A stretch of 64,000 nucleotides of DNA from Octopus sinensis (taxonomy: Eukaryota). The notes beneath the pieces were generated by a model. It saw only the letters and a program-made list of their open reading frames with translations. It ran no database searches and was not told the origin of the DNA. Both the position numbers and the translations under genes were made by a program. The stretch covers positions 15,500,001-15,564,000 of the forward strand of contig NC_042999.1 of the NCBI RefSeq assembly GCF_006345805.1, written 5' to 3'. Within the stretch, counting starts at the first letter, position 1. Each line of letters opens with the position of its first letter. This document shows positions 11,093 to 24,310 of this stretch, one piece after another.

Positions 11093-12818
11093 TTATACAT
11101 AAAACAATAAACTTAAAATACACATGCAAGAAAATTAGTCTACAAGATTTAAAATGCAAGGATGGAATTTAAACTGAATGAGAATAAAACAACAGCAAGA
11201 TAGACTACCTCAGTTCAGTTCTCGTTTAGCTCTTGTTTCATCCTCGCTTTTTTTTTTTTTTGGTGCAGTAAGCATTTAATGATTGCCATATAGAAATATT
11301 TGATGTTGATGCAAATGAATATTTGCTTAGAAGATGTTTCTATATTTTGCTATCAATGTTCATTTTTGTTGGGTGAAATGAAGTCTTGATTTTATAAAGG
11401 TTTCAACATATTTGGACATTGTGTTTGTTGTCTAAGAAAAAGAAGTGTTTTGGGAACAGAGTAAAAATGATATAGTTGTTAGTCTAGAAATATATTAAAT
11501 GCAAATAGTGAGTCGTATTATTAAGTAGATGCTTTTTGAGATAATCTAATTGTGATAAGTATGTACTTTACATATAATATCAACCAATAACGAGAAAATT
11601 TCTCAATTTTCTAGGATAACTTTATGTCACATAAAAATTAATTCAATAAATATTTAAACAAAATTTTAAATGTCTTAATTTTGAATTATTACAGAATTTA
11701 AATATTCGTTAATAGAAATGCATCTTGAATAATATATGCTGGATACTGTTTTAAATTTTATTTTCAGAATGTTATTAGGAAGTGTACTGATGGCTGCTTC
11801 TGACTGGATCCTTTGGAGGAGGTGCCGGAGGGCTCTATCCCAAAGACCATCCCAGGAATAATGGGAAGAGAAAATGAAAGGAATGGATGGACGGAATATT
11901 AATTAACTATTTATAATGTAAAATTGAAAATACTACTCCAAGGATAAATCATTAAATCTGTCACAGAATATGAGAGAAAAATAAAGATGAATGAACAGAA
12001 TAGTTCTTGCAGGCTCTGGAATAATTAACGGGAATTGAAAAGCGAGTGAAACTATAGAGGGAGAACAATCCCTTGTATAAAAAAGAAGTGCAATGAATCT
12101 GTTTTGCGAAAGGGATTTACTTTCGTGCCTAGCTATAAAGAATACTATCCTGTCTACTTAATTTGTAATGAATATTTAGTGACTGGAAATATGAAGCAGC
12201 AAAATCAGAAAGATATCTTCATGCTACATGTTTCCAATACAGATTAGTCTTTCAGTGTTCTTTGTTCTAAAGATTACTGAAACAGGTATTTTTGTAAAAT
12301 CATACATTGGTGATTTTTTATTACCCACAAGAGGCTATACACAGAAAGGGACAATACAAAACAAGAGAAACATAAACTACGGGGAACTTAAAATACAAAA
12401 GAAGATGAATTAAGACAAAAAAATTAACGAAAACGAATGAAAATATGAAAAGATATAAATGAGGTGCAATGCCCACTTGACCCCTGAAGTTGAGTGGTTA
12501 CATTTTGACAATTTTTTTTTCTTTTTTTCATCAATGAATTTCACAAAAATTACAAAGGAATTTTTTTTTAAAGTCTCTCATAATCTATTATGGTAGGTGG
12601 GCTTTCATGTAGCCGACACCATTTCACCAATTTAACGTTCTGTACGAAGCCCTCCATGAACCATACATTGGTTTATGCCAAATGCTTAAGAGAAACATTC
12701 ATTTTTACAAGGTAAGAACTTAACAAAATAACTTGGGTTATTAATGGCAGATGGAATCACAGAAATTGCTCATGGAAAGACTGAAGAGAAATAAGGAAAA
12801 TTCCACTAGCAATGTAAG

Positions 12819-13027
12819 TACTCTTTTACTTGTTTCAGCCATTTGACTGTGGCCATACTGGAGCACCACCTTTAGTCGAGCAAATCGACCCCAGGACTTA
12901 TTCTTTGTAAGCCTAGTACTTATTCTATCGGTCTGTTTTGTCGAACTGCTAAGTTACGGGTACGTAAACACACCAGTATCTGTTGTCAAGCAATATCAGT
13001 GGGACAAACACAGACACACAAATGTAT

Positions 13028-13063
<36 letters not shown>

Positions 13064-13228
13064 TACGGGCTTCTTTCAGTTTCCATCTACCAAATCCACT
13101 CACAAGGCTTTGGTCAGCCTGAGGCTATAGTAGAAGACACTTGCCCAAGGTGCCACACAGTGGGACAGAACCCAGAACCATGTGGTTGGTAAGCAAGCTG
13201 CTTACCCCACAGCCACTCCTGCACCTAT
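12819..13228 (-). mobile_element. SINE family A, full length
   Basis: Reverse complement of 609-1047. Confidence 0.88.
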
Positions 13229-13559
13229 GTGTGATGCTTACAGCACCTAGGTTTCCCAAGCAATCACCCGAAAAGAACTGGTGCTTTCAACGTGATGTGG
13301 CCCTAAGTGTAGTGTAAAAGAATTACAGAAGTTAAGAATAAACAATTTCTGCAATTCATTGAAAGAATTAAAAGAACTACTAAGGTGATTAAGTTTGATG
13401 AATTGACCAACATTACAAGTGCAGCTCAACTTTTGATATTTGTCAGATTTTCATGTAAAAACAGTGTACATAAAGGATTAACTGTTTTATCGATCATCTG
13501 ATGAAAAGACGCCAGGAGAAGTTTTATCAAAGGAGACTGTTTTTTTAAAGGAAGTAGAT

Positions 13560-14620
13560 GTAGAATAAAATAACTGAGTTGGTGTATGTAGTGAGAGTAC
13601 AACAAGAAAAAATATTAGGATCTTAAAGTTAAATTTGCATACAATGCATTGATAACATTTCCTGGCATGATTCATTAAATGGCATTAGAGGCTTAAAAAG
13701 TTCTTCAGATCTAAATGTGGTAATATAAAGTAATATAAGAAGCAATTAATTATTAATTTCCTTAAAACTCCTTCATTGAATAGCTGTTTTTGTGTAAATC
13801 TAAGCCGGAATATGAGATATGAGTTCATTAAATTTTTCCTGAATTCAGAAGTGTTAAAGGGATAAAGTTTGAAACATCTAATTGACTAAAAATAAAAAAT
13901 AAAAATAAAAATAAATCTCCTCATGAAAAACAAAACAAAAAATTACCCTCAAATCTTGCAGAAATTCCTTCATGATTAGAACTGGCTGTGAAAATTACAT
14001 TATTTGTCAGACATATTTGAGAAGTTTAATGTGTACGTCTCTGAAAGGTGTGAACACAATCATTTTTACAATGTGAGATAAAAGTGAAGTGTTAATGAGC
14101 AAACTGAACCTACATACAGTGCAAACGATAGACATGCAGTATTCATGTACTGATGATTTTATCTATGAAAGTAATTTAACTTTTAACTTGATTAAAGTCA
14201 AACATTTGCTGTATCTGAGAAGAAACAAAACAATTCTGCAAATATTTTCTACCAGACATAGACAATAGTAAATTAGATTTGATCTGAATCCATACACTGC
14301 AGCAATGGAACAAGTGAAATATTGTTCTTTAAAGGATGAAGAAAAGTTTGATGAGCGATCATGCAATTCTTGTTTCAAACTTGATTTTTTTTTTTTTTGA
14401 AGTAAAGAATTTGAATGCTTCTCAGTTGAATGCGAAATCAGAATTTCCAATATCAGGATTAGTAAATGGTAGCTTTCCACCATTTTCTTTTACGTTTTTC
14501 TGTAAATTTGCATTTTGTTTAATGGCAAGAGATATATCACTCAACGAATAGAGTAACAGAATTCCCTTAAGAATATCATTGACTAACATTATGCCATATT
14601 TTGATGTACTGTGCCAAAAC
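13560..14620 (-). mobile_element. Degraded hAT transposase (SPIN/GTF2IRD2-like) C-terminal half
   Basis: Minus-strand fragments SSLKQELHDRSSNF (like LxxEFxxRFxDF) and NHARK-MLSM (like HARKxxSMFGSTY); many stops and frameshifts. Confidence 0.5.
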
Positions 14621-14794
14621 AAACAGGCACATTGATCCTTACTGACACTATCTGTCTGTCTATCTGCCTGCTTGCCTACCTACCTACCTACCTACCTACA
14701 TTATCTTTCTGCTTGCCTGCCTGACTGCCTACATAACGGGAAGCTTTACGAAAATAAACAAAAGACGAAGGCAGGTGGAGTACAAACAAACAAT

Positions 14795-15014
14795 TGTATT
14801 AGTATGTATTTCTTTATTGCCCACAAGGGGCTACACATAGAGGGGACAAGCAAGGACAGACAAACGGATTAAGTCGATTACATTGACCCCAGTGCATAAC
14901 TGGTACTTTATTTATCGACCCTGAAAGGATGAAAGGCAAAGTCGACCACGGTGGAATTTGAACTCACAACGTAGCAGCAGACGAAATCCACTAAGCATTT
15001 CGCCCGGCGTGCTA
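14795..15014 (-). mobile_element. SINE family C, tail type 1, 5'-truncated
   Basis: Inserted into the subfamily B Penelope-derived element. Confidence 0.82.
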
Positions 15015-15041
15015 GGCGCTCAGAAATAGAAATAAAACAAG

Positions 15042-15079
15042 TCTTTTACGTTTCGAGCCTACGCTCTTCAACAGAAAGA
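15042..15079 (-). ncRNA. Minimal hammerhead motif, subfamily B (U at core position 6)
   Basis: UCUUU-CUGUUGA-A-GAGC-GUAG-GCUC-GAA-ACGU-A-AAAGA; all three stems pair. Confidence 0.7.
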
Positions 15080-15377
15080 TACACAGAAAAGAAACACAGA
15101 GAAAAACAAGGAGAGAAAAAAAATGCGTCCAGGAGCTAACGATTCAACATGGCTTGCTTATCTATCTATCTATATAATAAACAACATTCAAAATAACAAT
15201 AACAACAGGAGGACGTGCACATGGAATGTGTTACTTTGATGCTCAGTAAAAAGAGAGAGATTTTGATGTTCACAGTATAGCTCTTTGTCAGAAAGGGAAA
15301 AGTCCAAAGGAGGAAAAACATCACCAACAACACATGTGTAGCTACATTGCTGAAACGAAACTGCAGATATATGTGTA

Positions 15378-15568
15378 CCGTTGGCGATTTTCTTTCCTCT
15401 GTCTTCCCTTCTTTGGATCTTTCCTTCTCCTATGTTTCCGACGAAGAGCTCCACTCGAAACGTTAAACCCTCCTTCTTCTCTTCCTTCCTGAGCGTCCAA
15501 TAATACTATATTTGTTCCACGTCTTCACGTTGTTGTGTTTTCTCTTTGTGTTTTCATGTTTGGATTAA

Positions 15569-15570
<2 letters not shown>
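15378..15570 (+). mobile_element. Penelope-derived element, subfamily A
   Basis: Reverse complement of 5928-6135; ends in (TA)n; adjacent to a more degenerate opposite-strand relative at 15205-15370. Confidence 0.65.
15434..15468 (+). ncRNA. Minimal hammerhead motif, subfamily A, degenerate
   Basis: GUUU-CCGACGA-A-GAGC-UCC-ACUC-GAA-ACGU-U-AAAC; U4C change and one stem II mismatch. Confidence 0.62.
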
Positions 15571-15622
<52 letters not shown>

Positions 15623-16316
15623 AAATAGATAGATTGATAAAACTTACTTGGAAAAGGATGCGTGGCGTTCGATCATATAATAATATAAATAATATAAATA
15701 ATACATAAATATATGTATATTATACATACATATATGTACATACCTACATCTATATGTATGTATATACACATGCATATATGGGTACAGGACATAAAAAAAA
15801 ACGTAGAACACAATGAGAAACGTAAACATAAAAACAAAAACATGGAAACGAAGTATTTTTCAAACAACGAAAAAACAGAGTACAAGACATACAGCACAAG
15901 GAATATTCCCCTTTTTCAGTTGTCCCTGTTTTGTCTACTCTGTGTTTTGAAGGTAAGGACAAGACGCGACATCGTTGAAACGGTCCTTCCCACAAAGCAA
16001 ATTAAATAAAATTTGGGATTTTTTGCAGAGGGGTAAAAGTGGTAACAAGAACAGGACAGCAAGAACAAAACAAGACAGTAAAAACAGTAAAAGACAGAAC
16101 AAAGAGAATAACACAATAAAAACAAACGATGAGGACTGTTAAGCTAAGACAATGGAAAAATTATTTTGAACATTTGAGGAGACAGCTTATTATGAGAGAG
16201 ACAGGATAAGCGGTCTTGTCTTGGTGAAGATAGCAGTAGGAAAGATGGCTACCCTCTGGTCACATGTCAGTGACAAGTGAGTTGAGGAGGAGGAACAGCC
16301 CTCATCGTTTGTTTTT

Positions 16317-16484
16317 ACACGACGGGCTTCTTTCAGTTTCTGTCTACCAAATCTACCCACACGGCTTTGGTTAGCCTGAGGCTACCATAGAAGACACTTG
16401 GCCAAGGTGCCACACATGGGGATGAATGTGGAAACGTGTGGTTGGGAAGCAAGCTTCTTACCTCACAGCCACGCCTGCACCTAT
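16317..16484 (-). mobile_element. SINE family A, head half
   Basis: Homology to family A 5' half. Confidence 0.8.
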
Positions 16485-16622
16485 ACATGTATATTTTACT
16501 TTGTTTTTTGTCAATTAACCACACGCACCATACATTAGTTTTCACTTCAGTTTTATTATGGATAGAAATTCAATGAAGAAGTCACAGAATGTGTGATTAA
16601 AAATTTCAGACAAAGGACACTA

Positions 16623-16654
<32 letters not shown>

Positions 16655-16656
<2 letters not shown>

Positions 16657-17100
16657 TCCCTGTGATCACAATATAGCGGCGAAATAATTTTACAAGATTA
16701 GTAAATATAAAGACCTGCTAATAGAAATTGAAAAAATGTGGCATCTCAGGGCGACTGCAGTACCAGTGATTGTAGGATCTCTAGGAATGATAAAAAAAGG
16801 TACTGAAACCTATTTAAAAATGATTCCAGGCTTACCATCCCTACAGGAAGTGCAAAAAATCGTATTAACTGGAACGGCTCATGTACTGAGAAGAGTACTA
16901 TCGCTGTGAAAACAACATCCATCCATGAATTTATTTATTTATTAATTTTTAAATACATATTTTATCTGTGAATTTGCGTGTGTAATCTGGGAATGCATAC
17001 AAAGAGCGTCTCTGCCCTAGGTGTATGGAAAACACTCAGTGAGAAACGGAAGAAAATTTGAAGAAAGAAGGAAAAACATAATAATAATAATAATAATAAA
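16655..17100 (+). mobile_element. 5'-truncated Dong/R4-clade (RLE) LINE 3' end
   Basis: 16655-16909 reads IPCDHNIAAK*FYKISKYKDLLIEIEKMWHLRATAVPVIVGSLGMIKK...QKIVLTGTAHVLRRVLSL*; flanked by (TAA)n on both sides. Confidence 0.85.
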
Positions 17101-17489
17101 AATGAAGCTGAAATGAAAATAAGTATACAGTGAATGTGGTTAATTGGCAAATGAGAAAAAGACAGAATGATGACCATCCCCAAATATAACAATATTTTGA
17201 TATGGATATGAGTAAAATATTGAGTGATATCAACTTAATCTGTGTGGCACATTGGACAAGAGTCTCATGCTATGGCCCCAGGCCAACCAACTCCAAGTTA
17301 GTGGATGCAGGAGATGGAAAATCTGCCTCAATATATTCCATCAGACCCATGTAAGCATGGAAAAATGAAGATGACGATGATGATGGTGATGATAAGGATG
17401 ATGATAATGTACATGCTTTCTGACTTTTAGTTTGTTATGAGTTAACTTTCTTTGGTATGATTACAGATGGTTATATCTTTCTGCTGTGA

Positions 17490-17790
17490 ACGTGCATGGC
17501 TTAGTAGTTAGGACTTTCAGCTCATGATCCTAAGGTTGTGAGTTCGATTCCTGGTGGTGTGTTGCATCCTTGAGCAAGACACTGTATTTCACATTGTTCT
17601 AGTCCACTCAGCTGGTAGAAATGAGGTGTACTTTAATTGAAAGGGCCAGCCCTGTCACTCTCTGTGTCATGCTGAATCTCCCCAAGAGCTACATGAAGTG
17701 TCTTCAGGGTGCTCAGTCACTTAACATTTTAATTTCACGACGAGGCTCTTCTGTTGATTATATCAAGTAGAACACTAACAGAGAGTCAGG
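17490..17790 (+). mobile_element. tRNA-headed CORE-type SINE with a different tail
   Basis: gagttcgattcc B box and atccttgagcaagacact CORE; related old copies at 42480-42612, 61597-61830 and 50625-50890 (-). Confidence 0.72.
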
Positions 17791-18082
17791 AGGTGAGGGC
17801 CATATCTTTTTATTACCACTCAAATTCTATAACACTGAAAGACTATCGCAAGAATATTTATTTGCTAAAAATGGATTGCAAGGGAAGAAAGATTAAGAAA
17901 CTTAACATTTTAATTTCATGACGAGGCTCTTCTGTTGATTATATCAAGTAGAACACTAACAGAGAGTCAGGAGGTGAGGGCCATATCTTTTTATTACCAC
18001 TCAATTTCTACAACACTGAAAGACTATCGCAAGAATATTTATTTGGTAAAAATGGATTGCAAGGGAAGAAAGATTAAGAAAC
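17719..18082. repeat. 181-bp tandem duplication
   Basis: Two units with about four substitutions. Confidence 0.92.
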
Positions 18083-18704
18083 ACCTGTAAGAAGTGGTAC
18101 CTAGATAAAGTTTGTAAGTTCAATTTCTAAGTAGGAAATATTAAAAACATCAGAGTATAGCTTGATTAAAATATAACCCAAATTTTATGAATTGAAATAT
18201 GCCAGTTTAAAATAAAGTAAAAACTCAAAAAACAAACCAAAAATATTCTAAATTTTTGTTATATATTATGAATTCTGAATATATTGCTGTCAAAAGCCAG
18301 ATTTTATTTCTCCATGCTGTTCATTTTATTTAAAACAAAATAGAGAAAATCTGAATTTGGAAATGCTAATATAAATTACACTTCAGCATTTTTGCAATTC
18401 TGAAAATCAAACAAATCAAATATGATTTTTCATTATTGATTTTAAAGGTAGACAAAAAAAAAAAAAAAAAAGAAACGCAGGGGGAGAATATACACAAATA
18501 AATATATAGGTAAGCTAAATTCATAGCATATTTAAAAATTATATATTTGGTCTAAAAGAAGAAGCAAAACAGAACACAATGCAGAAGAAAGGAGTAAACA
18601 AGAGAAAGAACGAGGCAGATAATCAGTATGCGTGCGTGTATATATATATATATATACATATATACACATACTGAATATATATATATATACACACACACAT
18701 ACTG

Positions 18705-18756
<52 letters not shown>

Positions 18757-19913
18757 TACTGATTATATATATATATATATATGCACATATATACATATAT
18801 GTATGAATGTATATGTATGTCTTAAACTGTGTATATAATATAAAGGGGAAGAGGAGAAAGGAGGTTTTTGTGAAATTTTGTTTGGTGTAAAAATTATTAA
18901 TGTAGGTCAATCAAATATGAGAGAAAACTGTAGACAAAACATGAATACAGATGAAAAATAAATATTTTTTTCTCTATTCATGAGATTAATTTTGAACGTA
19001 TTGAAAAAGAAAAATGAAATCTTTTTGTCTAACTTTTACGTCAATGTATGCATGGGCAAACACACTTGCACACGTCTGTGTGTGTTTGTGTAGGGGGTTG
19101 TTGTTTTGTCAGAGAAACTGTACCAAGGCCACTGTAGGTCCTCTTAGGTGGTGAGAGACTGATGTGGTTAATGTTCAACTTGAACATCAACAATTTGGTG
19201 TCTTTAAGGAATATATGAACAGAGAATTACAGAGAGTGGTATACAAAGGAGGGAGAATTGAGCAAGAACCCAGTTTAGGATTTGTGGATGAGAAATAGTA
19301 GGGTTAATGAAAAAAAAAGGGGGCAGATACAGTGTCTCAGCTTGAGTGAAGGTGGTATTGAAGCTGGTTAATTCTGAAGACAGATGTTATTTAGAGTTTT
19401 GATAGAAAAACACTGAGGGAAGAAAATGCAAAACTGTAGGCTAGATTTCTTAGTCTTGGATGAATGAAGGTTTGCCAATCAATCAGATATTACAGTGACG
19501 TAACAAGGGGTCTTAGCCCCTAGGGCCAACATGATTTTAGTTTCATCACCTTAATTAAAAAGTATGATAGGCAAGAGGAAATTTTTTGAACCTCTTTACA
19601 TTTGAGCCTGTGGCAATTACTGCCTCTTCATCTCCACTCTCTTGCTTTGCCTTTGATACATAATGTGAGATATTTTGTGTGCAGAAGATACTTGAACTGT
19701 ACTATAATGTAGGTCATACTTGAATATTTTTAAGTGTCAACGTACATGATTGCTCAACAGGTTATTTGTAGAGTCTTGACTGTTTTATTATGGAGGGATT
19801 CAGAAATTTAGATGACAGGCAATAGAAACTTAGGATGGATTTAGGAACAAAATGAAAGATTCATGCTGAATACACACATTCAATACTTGTTTTCAACTGA
19901 AGTACTAATTCAT

Positions 19914-19947
<34 letters not shown>

Positions 19948-20554
19948 CCAGGGGCGTGCACTCTCAGGTATGCAAGGTATGCGTTGCATGCCCTGTGATT
20001 TTTTTATCCATATGATCGGAAAATTAGATAAAATAGTTACTTTGTTTCAAAGAAAATCCCTCCAGTTGTATTTTGTCTCCCCTTCCCTCTCAGTGACTCT
20101 ACTTCTGCTTTTAGAAGTCATGCTTTGACAAGACCAGCATATTAGACACTCCCTCTCTGTCTCAGTTTGTTCTTCCTTCCTCTCTCTCTCTCTCTTAGTG
20201 ACTGTTTAAAAGACATGCTAAGAGGATAGGGCATTTGAAATATTTTTACCCCCTTCCTCTTTCTTTTAGTGGCTATGCTGTGGGACGACCCATGACCTCC
20301 CTCTCTGTCTCTTAGTTTGTCCCTCCTTCCTCTCTCTCTTTTAGTGAATTGATAAAACAGATGCTAGGAGGAAAGGTTGTTCATAATATTTTGTACCCCC
20401 TTCCTCTTTCTCTCAGTGGCATGTCATGCTATGAGCTGACGGCATGATACCCACTTTCTGTATCTTTCTGTTTTGTTGAAATTGACTTACAATTTACGCT
20501 GGCGCTTCCATGTGTGTGTGTGTTTGTGTGTGTGTGCGTGTGTGTTTCTTTATA

Positions 20555-20974
20555 ACTCTCTCTTTACTCTTTTACTTGTTTCAGTCATTTGACTGCGGCC
20601 ATGCTGGAGCACCGCCTTTAGTCGAGCAAATCGGCCCCGGGACTTACTCTTTGTAAGCCCAGTACTTATTCTATCGGTCTCTTTTGCCGAACCGCTAAGT
20701 GACGGGGATGTAAACACACCACCATCGGTTGTCAAGCAATGCTAGGGGGACAAACACAGACACACAAACACATACACATATATATATATATATATATATA
20801 CATATATACGACGGGCTTCTTTCAGTTTCCGTCTACCAAATCCACTCACAAGGCTTTCGTTGGCCCAGGGCTATAGCAGAAGACACTTGCCCAAGATGCC
20901 ACGCAGCGGGACTGAACCCGGAACCATATGGCTGGTAAGCAAGCTACTTACCACACAGCCACTCCTGCACCTAT
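20555..20974 (-). mobile_element. SINE family A nested in the hAT element
   Basis: Full-length homology. Confidence 0.88.
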
Positions 20975-21818
20975 TGTTATTTCTATTTATAACAGTGAAG
21001 GTGTGAAATGCTAGCTGCTTCTTCTTCTTCTTGTTGCAGCTATTGTATGGTTTTGCTTTTGGTTTGTCATTTGTTTTTTTGCTTATTTTTTTCCTTTTGT
21101 ATTGAAGATTTCTTGTTGTCGTAGTTGTTGTTGTTGTTGTTGTCGTTAACAACAGACAGTAAATGTTTTAAATGGGTTTTAAGGTAAATATTTAAGCTTT
21201 TAAAAGAAAAATGCGGAAGATCAGCTTGTGAGTTAGTGTGTGTGTGTGTGTGTGTGTGTGTATTTGTGTGAGTGTTTGTATGTGTGTGTTTGGATATGTG
21301 TGCGTGCATGCGTGTGTGTGAGTGTGTGTTTGTATTGGTATGTGAGTGTGCGTGTGTGTCAGTATATAAGAACAGCCTTTTACGAAATGAGTGAAATGTG
21401 TTATAAACGATACTTTGAGAAATAGTTTTTCGAAAGGAGAATTCGATGGAAAATAATTAATTATATCGGTGGGAGACCAACACCGAAAAGGGCTAATGCA
21501 TTAGATAACATTGTTAAAAAAAAGATTTCTGAAGGCTTATTATTACCACAAAGGAAAATTATCATTTCATAATCAGCCTTTTTGAGCACATCATTGAAAA
21601 TCCTGAACCATGGGATGATACCACCATAAATTCAGCAATTGGATTCTTACAAACTTTAAAAGCTCCTGATTTCTTATTTTTGTTAGAAGTATTCAGTGAG
21701 ATTTTTTATTTTTTCATATTTAACATCCTCCAGAGTAAAAGTCATGACATAGTGTATTGTAAAGATCAAATAGATAAAACTAGAACTGTACTCGAAAACA
21801 AACTTGATAATTTTTCAA

Positions 21819-22140
21819 TCTCTTTTACTTGTTTCAGTCATTTGACTGCGGCCATGCTCGAGCACCGCCTTTAATCGAGCAACTCGACCCTGGGACTTAT
21901 TCTATCGGTCTATTTTGCCGAACCGCTAAGTAACGGGGACATAAACACACCAGCATCGGTTGCCAAGCAATGCTAGGGGGACAAACACAGACGCACAAAC
22001 ACACACACGCACATATATACATATATACCATGGGCTTCTTTCAGTTTCCGTCTACCAAATCCACTCACAAGGCTTTGGTCGGCCCGAGACTATAGTAGAA
22101 GACCCTTGCCCAAGGTGCCACGCAGTGGAACTGAACCCGG
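21819..22140 (-). mobile_element. 5'-truncated SINE family A interrupting the hAT transposase remnant
   Basis: Transposase-like reading resumes after 22140. Confidence 0.85.
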
Positions 22141-23429
22141 GGGGAAAAATATGGAGTCGATGCAGGAATCGGAATTCAGAGATCCAAGAATATATCTATT
22201 GAGCCCCAACGACATTATAAAATGCTTTATAACAAAATTATCAGTACAATAGTTGACCAAATAAAAGCACGATATTCATCCTTAGAAGAGTTTAAATTCA
22301 TGGAACTTTCGAAAGAAATTCATTGCATGCCCAGCCCCGGAAGTCACTGCACGCCACTGACATATACATATAATGTTATCACTAACTATAAGTTAACATC
22401 CACCACAAGGTCCAGTCCTTGTTGTGATGTGGTGACCTATAAGCCCCACTGACGCTGAAACCTATGTCAGCAGAGTGTAGGCTCCAGAAACTCCTATGTT
22501 CATCATCATCATCCAGTGTTTTAAATCTGGGTTTTGTAACCATTAACAGGGGTCTTCCTCAGTGCCATAGTAACTGCCCTCACACCATCTCGCTCAGTTT
22601 TGGACGTTTTCCTTTTTTAAACCAACCCTCCCAATCTCCTACCCCACCTGTCCCCTCCACCTTTTCCTCGGTCTATCTATGTTGGACAAGTCTAAAGAGA
22701 GAAACCAAACCAATATGAGGTAAAAATGGGTTTGTGTAGGAATAACAATCTTAGATAAAATGCTAAGTTATAGAAGCAGTGAAGACAACTGAAAACCAAC
22801 AAGACCTAGGAGAGAAGACAGACCAGAGACAAGATCTGTGGAGAAGAGTCATCAACAGTCTCTGCTCCATATATCAAAAAATGTATATTACATATATATA
22901 GTACTATAATTACCTATAAATCAGCAAATGATAAAAAATATATAAACAATGTATGTAAAGTATACAAAAAAAAACCAAAAACAAAACAAAAACATAATAT
23001 AAACACTAATTTTCCATACTAGAACTAGATTCAATGCATCAGTTGCATATAAGCCATTAATTCTCTAAAAACCAAATCACTGACAAATCATTTCTGAAAA
23101 CAGAAAACATCATCTACGTGAAAATATTTCCAATAACTATCAAACTTGGTTTTGTTTCATTATTCGTATACGACACAATTTATAAAAATAAGAATTTTAT
23201 AATTACACATTTCAAAATTGTGCTAAATCAATAGTATACAAATCTTCCTATATCTCTTAAATATCTTCTCAAGAAAAAAAAAAAAATAAAGGTTTATTCT
23301 ATAAATTACAAATTGCATATAATATCTTGGGACGGTCATAATACCAATAATAAACATCTACACACTGGTTCTATTTTACTTCTTTTATCATTATTATTAC
23401 TATTGTGTCAAGTACATCAACATCAAAAA

Positions 23430-23716
23430 ATCAAATGGAAATTGTAGTTGTGATACTTGTGCCGGTGGCACGTAAAAAGCACCACCTGTATGTGGCTGAT
23501 GCCAGCGCCGCCTGGACTGGCTTCCGTGCTGGTGGCACGTAAAAAGCACTCACTACACTTACGGAGTGGTTGGCGTTAGGAAGGGCATCCAGCTGTAGAA
23601 ACATTGCCAGATCAGACTGGAGCCTGGTGCAGCCTCCTGGCTTCCCAGACCCCAGACGAACCATCCAACCCATGCTAGCATGGAAAACGGACGTTAAACG
23701 ATGATGATAATGATGA
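23430..23716 (+). mobile_element. RTE 3'-tail element (family B)
   Basis: Family B tail with hairpin units. Confidence 0.8.
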
Positions 23717-24019
23717 ATTCATTAACATTCAACCAATTAACTAATCAGTTTGAATTAATCAACTAGATTTGTCAAACCTCTTTCATCATCATTCCTAACC
23801 TCTTCGCTGCCTTCTTTACTGCAGTTCTGCCTGTTTCTTAGGCTGGATACAAATTTCTTGCTTTTTATTCTATTTTCAGTCATTCTTTTGTCTAAAGAAT
23901 CAAACTTTTATGGCATGAAAATCTGTACAAATATAATCTATTGTATTCACTGGTAATTCGAAGCAATCTCTAAGACATATTCTAAAAGCTTTACTATGTT
24001 GTTGCTGCTGTCTGTTCCT

Positions 24020-24310
24020 TCTCGAGCTATGCCAGGCTCATAAAGGTCAGTTTCCCAGTTTCATTGGCATACAGGTACCCCACCTGGACGGGATGCTAGT
24101 CCATTGCAGGTGAGCTGCTAGATGCAGGAGGAAAGAGTGAGAGAAAGCTGTGGCGAAAGAGTCAGCAGAAGTTCGCCATTACCTTCTGCTGGAGTTGCGT
24201 GGATCTTAGGGGTTTCACTCATAAACACACACATCACCCAGTCTGAGATTCGAACCTGTGATCCCTCAACCACGAGTCCACTTTTCTAACCACTGGGCCA
24301 TATGTCTCCA
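24020..24310 (-). mobile_element. V-domain SINE, diverged
   Basis: Reverse complement of 30378-30690. Confidence 0.7.

Larger units (their letters stand above)
14712..15150 (-). mobile_element. Penelope-derived element, subfamily B, interrupted by a family C SINE
   Basis: Matches 6812-6950 on both sides of the SINE at about 14795-15014 (tagtat | ggcgctcag). Confidence 0.7.
19949..22359 (+). mobile_element. Internally deleted hAT DNA transposon (Tip100/ZMYM1-like transposase remnant)
   Basis: TIRs CAGGGGCGTGCA / CAGTGGCGTGCA; perfect 8-bp TSD ACATATAC (19941-19948, 22360-22367); transposase fragments FEHIIENPEPWDDTTINSAIGFLQTL...LFNILQSK and YKMLYNKIISTIVDQIKARY. Confidence 0.9.
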
